Part shown: in pieces, positions 1-13,622 of the stretch | How positions within the stretch are numbered: position 1 is the stretch's first letter | Layout: every line of letters starts with the position of its first letter | Assembly (NCBI RefSeq): GCF_036321535.1 | Contig: NC_087453.1 | Coordinates: 24,056,001-24,120,000 of the forward strand | Direction of reading: 5' to 3' | Origin: Camelus dromedarius | Lineage: Eukaryota | DNA: 64,000 bases | Program-made: the position numbers and the translations under genes | The notes under the pieces: generated by a model | The model's input: the letters and a program-made list of their open reading frames with translations, nothing else | Told to the model about the DNA's origin: nothing | Databases searched by the model: none

Positions 1-828
1 AAACTGCTCTGCGTTCTCCTCCACCCCTCAGTGTGGGACAAAGTGTCACCCCATGATGCCAGCCTATGGAGAAGTCTCCTGGACTGTCCCCACGTTATCC
101 TCCCACCCCTCCCTCCAGCCTCCAGGGGTGTGGATGAGTGTGTCTGTCTCCCAGTGGTAGGAAAAGTGGGGCCCAGAGCCCCCTTCCCAAAGCTGAGGGT
201 AGCCAGGCACTGTTGGGAGGAGGGAGAAGTCGGGGCACTACTTTCGGTTCTCCTAGACCAGAGCGGAAGTGGTCCAACTCCAGGCCCCGTGATGCAGAAT
301 TTCTGAGACTAGCCTTGGAGGAGAGGACCTTTTGAGTGCTAGTTACCCTTGTTGAAGCATAATCTTCAAAATGTTAGAAATATAAATCTCATTCAAATTG
401 TTACTGAGCATGTGTTGAAGTTTTCTGTAGCTTATTAATGACGGAACCAGCAGGATGGCAAAGCTGGTTCCAAGAAGGCTAAGAGAAACTGACATAAACA
501 TTATATATATGGAGGGAATTGAGGGCAGAGGGAGGGAGGGAGAGAGAGGAAACAGGATATGTGAAAAACACCTGAATAAGAATGCCAAGTTAGACACAAA
601 GCCAGTTAATGTCCATAGGATAGTAAAATTATAAACTTTAGGGTTCATTTCTCTACCAAACAGAAATTATTTACTTCTCCCAACAAAAATCATTTGCATC
701 TTAATCAGTTTTCTGCAAATTAGCACCTAACTTTACAGAGCCTCACTCTAGTTAATAGCACATATGAGTTTTTTCCCCAAGAGAATCAGCTAATTATTAG
801 GTGGCTTTGTTAACATAATACTCTGGAA

Positions 829-1146
829 CAGCATAGTCCAATATAAATATAATGCAAGCCAATATGCATTTGTCACTTAAAGTTTTCTAGTAGCCTCATT
901 TTATAAAACAAAAAGAAACTGGTAAAATTAATTGTGATTGTATATTTTATTTAACCCTAGATACCCCCAATATTATTTTGGCATGTAATCAATACCAAAA
1001 AATTACTAGTGAGATATTTTTACATTCATTTTTTGTAAGTGTTTGCAAACCAATGTGTACTGTGCATTTACGGTACACTGCAATTCAGACTAACCATATC
1101 CCGAGTGCCCAGTGCCGCATGGGGCTAGTGGCTGCCTTATTGGATC
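829..1146 (+). mobile_element. MER33-like hAT-Charlie DNA transposon relic
   Basis: Resembles recalled MER33 consensus (CAGC..GTCCAATATAAATATAATGCAAGCC ... GGCTAGTGGCTGCCTTATTGGA) with degenerate TIRs. Confidence 0.75.
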
Positions 1147-1160
1147 CTTCGTCTCTAAAG

Positions 1161-1348
1161 CAGTGGTTCACGAACCTTAGGGTGCATCAGAATTACCTGC
1201 AGGGCTTATGAAAACGCAGATGGCTGAGCCCCACCCCCAGAGTTTCTGAGTCAGGGGGTCTAGGGGGCGGGGCCTGAGAGTCTGCATTTCTGTCAAGTTC
1301 CCAGGTGCTGCTGCTGCTGGTCTGGGCACCACCCTTTGAAAACCACTG
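1161..1348. mobile_element. MER5A hAT-Charlie MITE
   Basis: TIRs CAGTGGTT...AACCACTG; internal GCATCAGAATTACCTG and CTGCATTTCT typical of MER5A. Confidence 0.85.
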
Positions 1349-4300
1349 TTCCAGGATGACTTTGAAAGATCTCACAGTCATCTTTTTGCCTTATTTTCAA
1401 GTTGTAGATAATTTCGTTTAACAACCCCGAAGCTGGTGGTGGGGCCACAGGCTCTCTGCAGTGTTGGCATCAGCTTGGCCCCTGACTGGGTGTGTGCTGG
1501 CTGGTGGCAGCCTCACCAACTAGCAGCTGGCAGTGGGTGAGAGTTTCAGCCGTTCCACCACCGAGGGCGCCAACAGTGTGCACCGCTGAGCTAGGGGCTC
1601 CAAGGGAAAGAAAAAGGGGAACTGACCCTCATACCGCCCGAGAGGGCCCGTGCCTGTGTGGCTGCTTTTTACTCAACGCCACTGTGCAGATAATGCCAGC
1701 CAGACTCAGAAACTGGGATGTCACAGGACAGGCCTGCATAGATGGAGGCAGGGCCCCGGGGTTCTCAGGGAGGGGTGGTCTCCAAAGCCTAGAAAAGCCA
1801 GAAGAGTTTGGCCAGACAGGAAGTGGGAATTGGTGTGGACCCAAAGGACACATGCAAACTGTACTGGGAGGGGAGAGGCTGGGACACCTGCCAGGCAAGA
1901 GCTGTGGGAGGGGTAGATGAGATGGCTCCCCCAGGGAGCCAGGACCCTGCAAGAAACAGCAGCCTGAGGCCTTGGGAGGCTGAAAATGAAGGCTGTCCCG
2001 GAGGCAGGACTGGAAGGCCCCTCAGCAACCATCAATTACTACTCTCCTGCTCCATGGATGAGGAAGGACCCCAGAGATGTGAAGGGATTTACTGCAGGCC
2101 ACACAGTGAGTCGGGGACTGGAAAGCTCTCATGTCCAGCCCCATCCCACAGTTCTGCAGCTTTGGGAGTGGGTTGGGTGCAGTGGGCACGTGTGTGGATG
2201 TAAGGGAAGTGTATGTTCTTTTTGGGACACTCCCGTGCTTGTTGCATCATTGGTGATATCCAAGAGTTCGCATTAATCCCCTTCAGGACAGGGACTGAGT
2301 CCTATCCCATGTTTTGCCCTCTTCCTTCTAGGACTTTGTAAGGGAATCAGCACACGCATGTGGGATTTAAATGAAATGGTGTGCACCATGTGGGGTGTCT
2401 ATACTCCATGTCATGTAAATGTGGGACATGCACGTGGTGACTGCTGTAGGCATAGGGGTATCTACACCACAGGGTGTCTTACAGGGATGCAGGGAGTCAC
2501 CGGAGTGTCCACACTGGGCAAGTGTACCATTTGGGAATATTTGAGGTATCTGTACCTTGGGGCAATCTACTGAGATATACAGGGCATCTACACTGTGGTG
2601 ACTACTGTTTGGGGGCATATAAGCTGTCTGCACTGCAGGGCATCCTGGAGGGGTGGATAAGGTGTCTACACGTGTATCTGCTGTTTGGAGTCTTACGAGC
2701 ACCTCAGAATGCTCAGCGGGGATGTATGGAAGCTCCAAACTACATGAAAGTATTCTTTGGGCGGTGTCCACCGTGGATGGAAGTGCGTGCTGATGTAATG
2801 TCTCTATGGAGAGAGAACTGAAAGGGCTCCCAGAAGGGTACCCACTGTGTGGAGGAATCTGACAGGGGGTGGGGATGAGAGGTAGGACCGAGGGGAGATA
2901 CATCTCCTGGAAAGCGACTGCTGCCAACTCCCAACAAGGGGCGGCTCCCAGGGGACCCCTCTGTCCAGGGGTGGTGCCCACCCCTCCCTGCATTTGGGCA
3001 CCTCCTCTTTTGGGACTAAGCTTTCAGAGCCTGAAACAGATTGTACTCTGGTTTCATGTTTGTAGAGTTTGGAGGCAACTCCAATAAGTAAAATGGACAT
3101 AAATTTGGTGTTCATTATGGGTGGCAGTTGGTGAATGGAGGAAGTTGCCTGGAGGAGCTCATAAAGGTGCCCAGGAGGCTGTGCCAGGTGCCCGGACCCC
3201 CACAGAATTTAGCCCTGCACACAACAGTGTGTAAAGGGCATCTCCCCAGATACTCACAGAGTCCTATAGGAGCAAAGGCAGATTATTGATAGTATCTTGA
3301 GTTAACTAAGAGTACAAAACCAGAGTATTATCCATGGTTACCTCACTGCGGGGTGGCAGGGCCAGTCAACTGCCTGGAAGGACTGGAGGATCAAGTTCAC
3401 GTGTGTTTGTCTAAAAAGCAGTCACATCACTGCATACAGTGGGCTTTTCTCTAATTACTGGATGTGAGAAAGAAGATGTTCACTGTATCTGTGCGTGTGT
3501 CTGACAGGTACCCCATGTGTATGTGGTGCTCCATGTGGTTAGGTTTTGCTGTGCGTATAACGGATATAGAGTGTGCGTGAGGGAGATCTGTTTGGGGGAG
3601 ATGTGCTGGGGCAGAGGGTCTGCTATGTGTGATCAAGATGTGTTGGGGGGATGTGCTGGTGAAGGAGGATGTGATGACGGTACAATATTTGCAGTGACTA
3701 TATTTCAGATAATTATATACAGCATAAAATGGTGTATATAATGTACATCCTCATGGTCTTTCTGTGCATATACTGTGTAGGATGGGCATATACTGCGCAC
3801 GAAGGTATAGACTCTGTGCAATGTGTGTTCCACGTGTGTTACGAGTATAGGCTGCATGTGGAGCACATATCGTATACGCTTCTACACGGTTGGACCCTGA
3901 GTCGTGGGTCTATGCTGTGATGGCTGTATCTTGTGAGGAGTCGCATATAAGGCACACAGGGTATATGTAATGGAGCTACTGTTTATGACGCATATACAGC
4001 TTGTGGCTGATGGGTATACTTTGGGGGAAGGAGATGCCATGTGATATGGATGCACTATATGTGTGGGCTCTTTCTATGACAAATATATATGGTGTGGGAT
4101 AAGTTTACAGTGTGAGCAGCTACCACATAATGGAGTATACATTGTGTGCTGGGTCTAATGAGCACTAGGTATATATAGTATATATAAGGGACAGATTCTT
4201 AAGGATGAATGTACTTTGTGTAGATGTGATGAGTATATACTTTGCGAGACAGTTAAGCACCGTGTGATGTATGCACTGTTGGTGGTGGAAGGGTGTTCTA

Positions 4301-4382
4301 GCTAGTGAAGTCTTCGCTGGGACAGGTCTACTGCATGTGTAACAGGTACCCTGTATGTATGCAGCTTATGGTGGGAACTTAG

Positions 4383-4697
<315 letters not shown>

Positions 4698-5337
4698 TAG
4701 TGTCTGCTGGGGGTGGGGCAGCTCCGTCTCAACTTATGCTGGCTGCCAAGGGAGGCTTCATTAGAGTCCCACTTAAGGAGATGCTAATTGTGACATTTTT
4801 ACATGATTAACGACCCAGCTAATTTGCATAGCGTGAAGCAGAGAGCAGCTGCCCTTAGCGCATCCCCAACCTGCACACCCCTCCCAGTGAAGGATAGGGG
4901 GGAGAAGGAGATAGCCCCAATTTGCTCCCAAGGCGGGGCAGGCTCCTGCTGATGGCTTCTCAGGCCGATGCTGCCAGCCCTGGAATCAAAACTTTCACTT
5001 CCTCTTGCCTAAGACCCATTCCTGCCTTGGAGCCCCAGGGACACAGCCTGAGGTGCATATGGGTACAAAAACTGTAGTTGCTCGGCCCCAGGAGTCAGAT
5101 TTTTTTCAGGGCTTTTGATTTTTCTAGCTCCTAGGGATCAGTTCCCCTGGGCAGCCAGAGATTGTGCATCCAGGAATGTCACCTGACTCAGCTGGTCCCC
5201 CTTCCACCAGCTCAGCCCCTCAGGGGCTGAAGCTCTTTCCCAAGCTGGTAACCCTGAATTCCAGCATCCAGACACCAGCCTCAAGTTGCCAGTGCCCCGT
5301 AGCAGTCCATTCCCTGGAGCCCCAGCCATGCTGGCCT

Positions 5338-5501
5338 NNNNNNNNNNNNNNNNNNNNNNNNNNNNNNNNNNNNNNNNNNNNNNNNNNNNNNNNNNNNNNN
5401 NNNNNNNNNNNNNNNNNNNNNNNNNNNNNNNNNNNNNNNNNNNNNNNNNNNNNNNNNNNNNNNNNNNNNNNNNNNNNNNNNNNNNNNNNNNNNNNNNNNN
5501 N
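5338..5501. other. assembly gap (164 N), probably containing EBF4 exon 8
   Basis: N run; the expected exon ([27 protein letters not shown]) is not seen elsewhere between exons 7 and 10. Confidence 0.8.
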
Positions 5502-5551
5502 CGGGCCCAGCCAGCCCCAATCCCCACCTTGGCGCGGGCCCCTGACCTGGC

Positions 5552-5691
5552 NNNNNNNNNNNNNNNNNNNNNNNNNNNNNNNNNNNNNNNNNNNNNNNNN
5601 NNNNNNNNNNNNNNNNNNNNNNNNNNNNNNNNNNNNNNNNNNNNNNNNNNNNNNNNNNNNNNNNNNNNNNNNNNNNNNNNNNNNNNNNNNN
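5552..5691. other. assembly gap (140 N) containing most of EBF4 exon 9
   Basis: N run immediately followed by GTG TGG AGT GAG|gtggg. Confidence 0.9.
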
Positions 5692-5981
<290 letters not shown>

Positions 5982-7064
5982 TAGCCCTGGCGGTGGCTGG
6001 GTTAGTGAGTATCTACCGTGGCCACACCCCTTAAGCCCCTGCTGGGCTCTTCCCACGCCCTACGACGCCTCCTCTCCCGCGCTTCTTTCCCTGCACTTTT
6101 ATGTTTCCCTCCCTGGCCTCCATCGCCTCAGTCCCCTCCTGGGAGAGAGCGCCCCCCACCCCTCCCTGCCTGGACATTCTCTCCGCCTTGGTCTTTCCCG
6201 CGAGAACGACCCCTCCCACTCCATCTTCTGCTCCCCGCTGTCAAGAATATCTCCGCCGGCATGTTTATTTCAAAGACGTCCCCAAATAGATCGCTGTTCC
6301 CCGAATCTTCCCGGGTCTCTTGGTTCCTCCAAGTCACCCTAGGCTTCACTCTGCATGCACACGAACACACACACACTTACCTTGCACGAAGCCAGTCGAG
6401 AAGTTAACACAAGACAGGAGTGAAAGCCACTCCCTGAAAATAGGGTGTAATCCCCGATCCAGGCTGGGACCACTGGCCAGTATCCTCTCTACCTCCAGCC
6501 TCCGGCACTTCTCCCTATTCTCCCACCCTACCCAGCAGAAATTCACCAAGCTCTCTGCGGGGCACTGGACACTCATTAGTGATTCTATTTACTGTTGAGG
6601 AGCTCCAGTATGGAGTGGGGGAGTGAACACAGCATGGGGTGGGTGGAAGTTACACGGTGGAGGAGCTGGCTGTCAGAGAAAACCTCCAGGAGAGAGTGTG
6701 GGCTAAACTGCTAAGCTGGAACCACGGGGGTGAATAAGGAGATCGAGATGAAGAAGGAATGGCAAGTAGGAAGACTCAGGAATCAGTGCCTTATGTCTGA
6801 GGGGAAAAGAAAAGAAATTCATTACATCTCAAGTTGGAGGCAGAGAACGCAGGTAGTATTTTGAGGCTGGTGAGATAGGTCCAGGCTAGGCTACTGGAGG
6901 AGCAGAGGCTGGGGGCTCCCAGAGCCTGGGCTGCTGCGCCCTCCCCAGAGCCCTGGAAGCGGGTCAGCCCCTTCCCTGGGGCACAGGCATACCTCTAACG
7001 GTCAGGTGCTGCTGAGAGGCCACGTGAGCTGGGATAAATTAAGATGGTTGGGGTTTTTTCTTTT

Positions 7065-7136
7065 TATATATATGTATACACACATACATACATACTTATA
7101 TACATGTATGTGTGTGTGTGTGTGTGTCACACACAC
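7065..7136. repeat. compound (TA)/(CA)/(TG)/(CA) microsatellite
   Basis: direct reading; CA-rich and TG-rich arms are mutually complementary. Confidence 0.9.
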
Positions 7137-7366
7137 CCTACATACTTTATTCCTGATAAGACCAAATGCAGACAGAAAACTCTCCAGTCCTAGTAATAGT
7201 GAAGCTAACATATACACAGTTGCCTTTTTCCCAATCACAAATGGGATGGTACAGTGTATATGTGTTGATGACAAGCAGCTGGCACATGGGTTGGCTCAGA
7301 AAACATTTGTTGAATGAATGAGCAAGAAAGGAAGCCTTTCCGAACCTCCCTGACCCGTGTGCCTGA

Positions 7367-8551
<1,185 letters not shown>

Positions 8552-8924
8552 TAGCTCTCTTTGCTGACCCCAGGTGTACACATCGCTTCTAGCCCTCCCC
8601 TCCTCCTGAAACGGGCTTTAACACGGGGACATCCGGCTTAAACTTAGTGGACTGCCACCTTTCCGTCTTATACCAGGACTTCTGGAGGAGGCTGGTGCCC
8701 CCTGCCGGAAGCCTGAGGGAACTCAGGACCAAAGAAAAGTAGGTTTCCACCTGGCCCCACGCCCCCCAGGAGCTTCAGTCTGAACGGCAGGCAGGGATCC
8801 AGGCAGGGATCGGAGGAGGGAGGATGTGCTCCCAGCCATCTGATTGGGCAGAGAGAGCGAATTCGGTGTAATCAGATACCTGAATTCAGAGTTTGTCCAA
8901 ATCAGGAGCTGTCTGACACTCAGC

Positions 8925-9040
8925 AAGTTACTTTACTTCGTTTCCTCTATGTAAAATGGGATCAGTATCACCTGTTGCCTAGGGTTGGTCTCAGACCTGA
9001 AAGTGCCAACTGCACATAAAGGGCCCAGACACAATTCAGA
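8925..9040 (+). mobile_element. MIR SINE fragment
   Basis: GCAAGTTACTT...TTTCCTCTATGTAAAATGGGAT core. Confidence 0.7.
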
Positions 9041-11090
9041 AAGAGTGTGTGACTTCACATCCCAACACTGACTGTGGGCACTAACCGTCTTCTGTCTGGC
9101 TTCTTGGGGTGGGGACCTGTCCCCTGTCTTATGTTTGCTGTAAGACCAACATAGCTGGCCACCTGTCTAGCCTTCCTTGCCATGACCTGCATCCTGGGTA
9201 CTGCTCTTTTTGGCCGTTAGCCTGTCTCTGTCCCTCTGGCCTGGGCTCAACTTTGAGTGTCCTCTAGTGTCCCCACCAAGATGCCTGTCTCCCCTTTGCT
9301 CAGGCCAGGCTCCACGTCTCCCCCTTCCCTTCAGTTCTGGACAGTACTCATACCACCTCTCTCAGGGTGCCCCCCAGACTTGAAGCTGGTGGAATTTGGA
9401 ACACTAGCCCCCCTTCTTCACCACACACACAGTGCAATCAGCAGTGGAGAAACACACTGCCCCAGTGGGCAAAGCCAACCACCTGGGGTTTTCCCACATT
9501 CAGCCTGAAGATTAAGGATTCTATAGCTGCTTAAGTCCCACTCCAGCATCAGCTGGGGATACCCAGGACTGACCCCGGGGGCAGTCCCATCTGGTGGCAT
9601 TGTCCTATCCAGTCCCCATCCACTCCCCTTGCACACGGCACTTTGTAGCAAAGCGCCAATGGGCATAATTCTCACTGAGTTTGCCAGGACATGTCTGGAA
9701 TGACATCCAGAACTGTCCCTGGCAGAGGCTGTCTGCTCAGCCCTCCCCCTCAGTCTTCTGCTTCAGCCACCAGCAGCCCTGGACTGACCCGCAACTTCCA
9801 GTACTACCCAAGCTGCACAATGCAGCTGTAAGTGCTGGGCCTTGAGAAATATAGTACATTTTCTGGCATTTGTCTCAAGCCTTCCACGGAGCTCTGTGGC
9901 CCTCACCAGCTAGCAGTGAGCATTGCTTAAAGGAGATGATGATCCACAGGGCTGAATTCAGAGGCAGCTGTTTAAGGCATCACTGTACCAACGAGGGGGC
10001 CGTGGAGGTGTGTTCTGAAGCCAAAAGCAGCTTTCTCAGGCTACTGATTTCTTTCAGGAAGCCCCCACCCTCACCCCATTGCCAGCTGCTTGGACAACAC
10101 TCAAATCACAGTCTTATTGGTCTTTAAAAAAGAAAGGCAGGGAATTGGGTTCAGAAGAGGATGTGGAAAGGGAGATTCAGAGATGCCCTGGGCAGGAGCC
10201 CTGGAGGAGGAGGCTGCAAGAAGGAGGGGCAGGCAGAGGCTGTGTGCAGGAGGCTCCCTGACTATTCCCAGGAGAGCAAACCACAGCCCTCAGAGGGTAG
10301 GGGTTAAAGAAGAGGATCTCTGTACTTTTCTTTAAAATTGACCGGCTGGAAGAGAGAGATACAGCAGGTCTCCAGGACCGGGGCTGAAGATGACAAGGAC
10401 CTGTGTTAAGCCGGAAGAGAACAAAGTGTCAGGGGTTGGGGGGAATGTAATTGGTAAGGGGAACATGTTTGTGGAGGGAGTTAGGGTTCTTGTATGAGCT
10501 GTGATCCTGGACAGAGGGGCCTTATAACAGGGATCTATGGGCACCCCCAAACTTCATCCCCGACCACTAGCCCCAGCCCTGCTATGAACCCTGACCTTTG
10601 ACTCTAACCTTGATGTCCCAGGGCCCATCGATGTTTCTTAGCATCTCAGAATCCCTGTGGTTTTCAGCAGGAGTCCAAACCCGTTCCATCTCTGGCTCAT
10701 CCCTCATCTTTGCGGGCACCTCCCAGTATTTGGTTTTGTTGGATGTTCTGGTTTTGCTTTCTTTTTTTTTTTTTTCTTTTTTTCTTTTTTTTTTTTACCT
10801 AGTCTGGCCTTCTCATCTCCAGCCCTGAGAAAGGGTCTCCAGAACCCCTAAAAAGGCAAGTGCTAGCCCACGACCCCAGAGTCTCCAAGCCTGCCTCTAG
10901 CCTTGATGAAATACTGGTCTCCCCAGGAGCCTCACAGCTCCAGTGAGCTCTGAGCCCTGGTCAGCAGCCCACACAGGGCCCACTGCTCATGCCAGGGCCG
11001 CAACCCAGCTGCTCACTCTGGTGCTGTCTCCCTGTTGTGTCTCCCACCACCTTTTCTGCTGCGCCTGCCCCTCCCCGCCCCGCCCCGGAG

Positions 11091-11288
11091 TCATGCCCTC
11101 TAGCCCTCCGCTGGCCGCTGCCTCCTCCATGTCCCTCCCTGCGGCTGCGCCCACCACCAGCGTCTTCTCCTTCTCGCCTGTCAACATGATCTCCGCCGTC
11201 AAACAGAGAAGTGCTTTCGCCCCCGTGCTGCGCCCACCCAGCTCCCCATCCCAGGCCTGCCCCAGAGCCCACGGAGAGGGGCTTCCGG
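11091..11288 (+). CDS. EBF4: EBF4 exon 15
   Basis: ggag|...|gtaagt, 198 bp, phase 1-1; (I)[49 protein letters not shown]...GEGLP. Confidence 0.93.
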
Positions 11289-12532
11289 GTAAGTACTCTG
11301 TATAGCCCAGCTGGGACCTGGCAGGACAGCTGGGCTTGAGGGGCCCACTCCATCCACATCTTACTCGAGTTTCATGCTGGTTGACCAGTTCTCTCTGAGA
11401 AGGTCTTTCTGGACCCCACCTCCCTGGGCCTCATAGCTAGGAGTGGTCCCACTCTGGTTGCTATCAAGTGCCCACTTGACCAAGGGGAAGGAGACTCAAA
11501 TACCAGCTGGAGAAGGTCCAGAAACCATACCAAGGTCTCACTCCCATCCAGTTGAGCCCAGAGCAAAGACCCAACACTCAGAGCTGGAGGAACCCCACCA
11601 TGGCTGCATGCCTTTGACCTGTGCCTCCCTGTGTGCCCCAGAGGGTAGCATAACACTGCTGAGAGAGACTGGGTCAGTCACTAGATGGAAGGGGACTGAC
11701 CTTAGATAGGGTTTAGCCCAGCTTCACCTTCCTCACTTTACAAATAGAAAGTTAAGACCAGATCACCTCTCCCATAGCCCATTACTAAAATAATTGTTCT
11801 TTGCCATTTATCAGTCTCCTCCAAGTCAACGTCCAATTTAACAAAGCCTGGGTTCTAACCAAGGGTCAATGTGGCAAATCAAAAAGAGTAACATCCCGTA
11901 GAATAACATGACTTAGGGTGGGCTAGTATGATGCTCTAGGATGCTTTGAAGTGGTACACAGTCATATTTGGCTTTGTTTCCAAATTGTGGATATTTTTTC
12001 TTAACATAAGTATATCTGGAGCTTAGAATGCAGGGGATAGAGAGGACACAGGGCCATAATTTCTCCTGCAGTGAACCATGGGGAGGAGATTAGGCAGAGC
12101 CAAGGGTGATGGAAGTGAAGCATTTTGTGGAGATGTGGGAGGCAGACTTGCTGCTACATTAGGTGTCACTTCTGGAGGCCGACCTCTTTCCTTTTCTGTC
12201 CTGATACATGGCCACTTGCTTCCTCCCCTTGAGACAGGCCCTCGGAAGGAGACAGGGCTGGGAATAAGAGCCGAGTCATCTCGATTGAGGAAGCTGGGGG
12301 AAGGGCTTGAGGCTGCACCTCCTAAGAGGTCTGGGGGACACACCTCACCTAACTGTCTGCAGTGCTGACCCCAGGCTGGAGCTGGGGGTGGCTGACTACC
12401 TTCAAGACCCTTGATAGCTCTGCCCTCAAAAAATGCTGTATGCCCTGCATGCTGCCCCCAGTCAAGAGGGGCACAAGCGATAAGGTCCCCAGGCTACACG
12501 TGGCTTACCGCTCTCCTCTTTGGTTCCTGCAG

Positions 12533-12603
12533 ACCAGCCTTTTGAAGATTCTGACAAGTTCCACTCTCCAGCTCGGGGGCTTCAAGGCCTGGCGTACTCC
12601 TAA
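12533..12603 (+). CDS. EBF4: EBF4 last coding exon
   Basis: tgcag|AC CAG...; DQPFEDSDKFHSPARGLQGLAYS-TAA; donor gtaggt at 12609. Confidence 0.95.
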
Positions 12604-13616
12604 TTACGGTAGGTCTCTAGCTGGGTCTTGCCTCCTCCTCTGGCCCTGGGTGGGCTTTCTCTCCAAAAGACTTCAGCAGGGATGGGGAGTTGGGGTCCAG
12701 GTCTCCCTCTCCAGGGCCTATCTAGCCAGTTGTCAGGGCCACCCAGCCCACCCCAGTGGCCCAGGCTGAACGAGCGGGGAGAAGCAGCTTCCTGTCCCCT
12801 TGCAGCCAGCCTTCCTCCAGGACCTTCATCTCTCCGTCTCCCCACCAGGTCTGCAGGTGTTGCCCCCACTGAACCTGGACCGGAGTTTCCTCCAGGATTC
12901 ACACCCGCTCCCTGGATGGCAGCACAGACTGATGCAGGGCCAGGGTTGTGGGCAAGCCTCAACCCCCAGGCCTGAATGGGGAGATGCCTTCCTCCCTGTG
13001 CTCAAGGGCCCCCCCGGTCCCACAGGCTTCTCTCACCTCCCTTTCTTGGGGCTGGTCGGAAGCCCCAGCACTGTGCTGATGCTCTTGGCAGGAGAGCATT
13101 CCAAGGAGGTGCTGGGATGCCGGACCTCACTCACTGGGTTGGTTCCTCTGGAAGAGATGGACCTCGTACAGACCAAGGGCATCGGGTGACAGGACCATGG
13201 GATGGGGACTGTGGGAAAGAGCTCAGGGAGAGGAGGCCTGGGAAGGTCCTGCTTGCGTCCACCCATCTCAACCATCCCAGCATCCCAAGTACTCTCCAGG
13301 GCCAGGGATGGTGCCCAGCAGCCTCCAGAGGCCTGCCTAGGCTCCTGTGGAGTTTCTGACGGCCACCTGACCCCGTGGCTGCCCCACTCCCTTTGAGGCC
13401 TGCGCACTCATGTTCACCACCTCATGATTCCCAGTGGGGGCTTTGGGTGTAGAGGGTACAGAAGAGGAGGTGCCAGGCTCCCTAGATTGTGGACCTTGCT
13501 CCCAAGGGATGTCTCGTGGACTCTGGCCCCGCACAGAAGATCTGGCTGGCCCCATAGAACCATGGAATGGGCCAACCGCCCCCAGCCTCATATTCTGCTC
13601 TGCTGAGGTTGGAGAA

Positions 13617-13622
13617 AATAAA
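13617..13622 (+). terminator. probable EBF4 polyadenylation signal AATAAA
   Basis: AATAAA about 1 kb after the stop, followed by a U/GU-rich tract (CTCTTGTCTGTTTCCTTG). Confidence 0.6.

Noticed and set aside
13500-13509. EBF palindrome TCCCAAGGGA as an autoregulatory site
   Set aside because: A single short motif in GC-rich DNA with many near matches; not distinguishable from chance.
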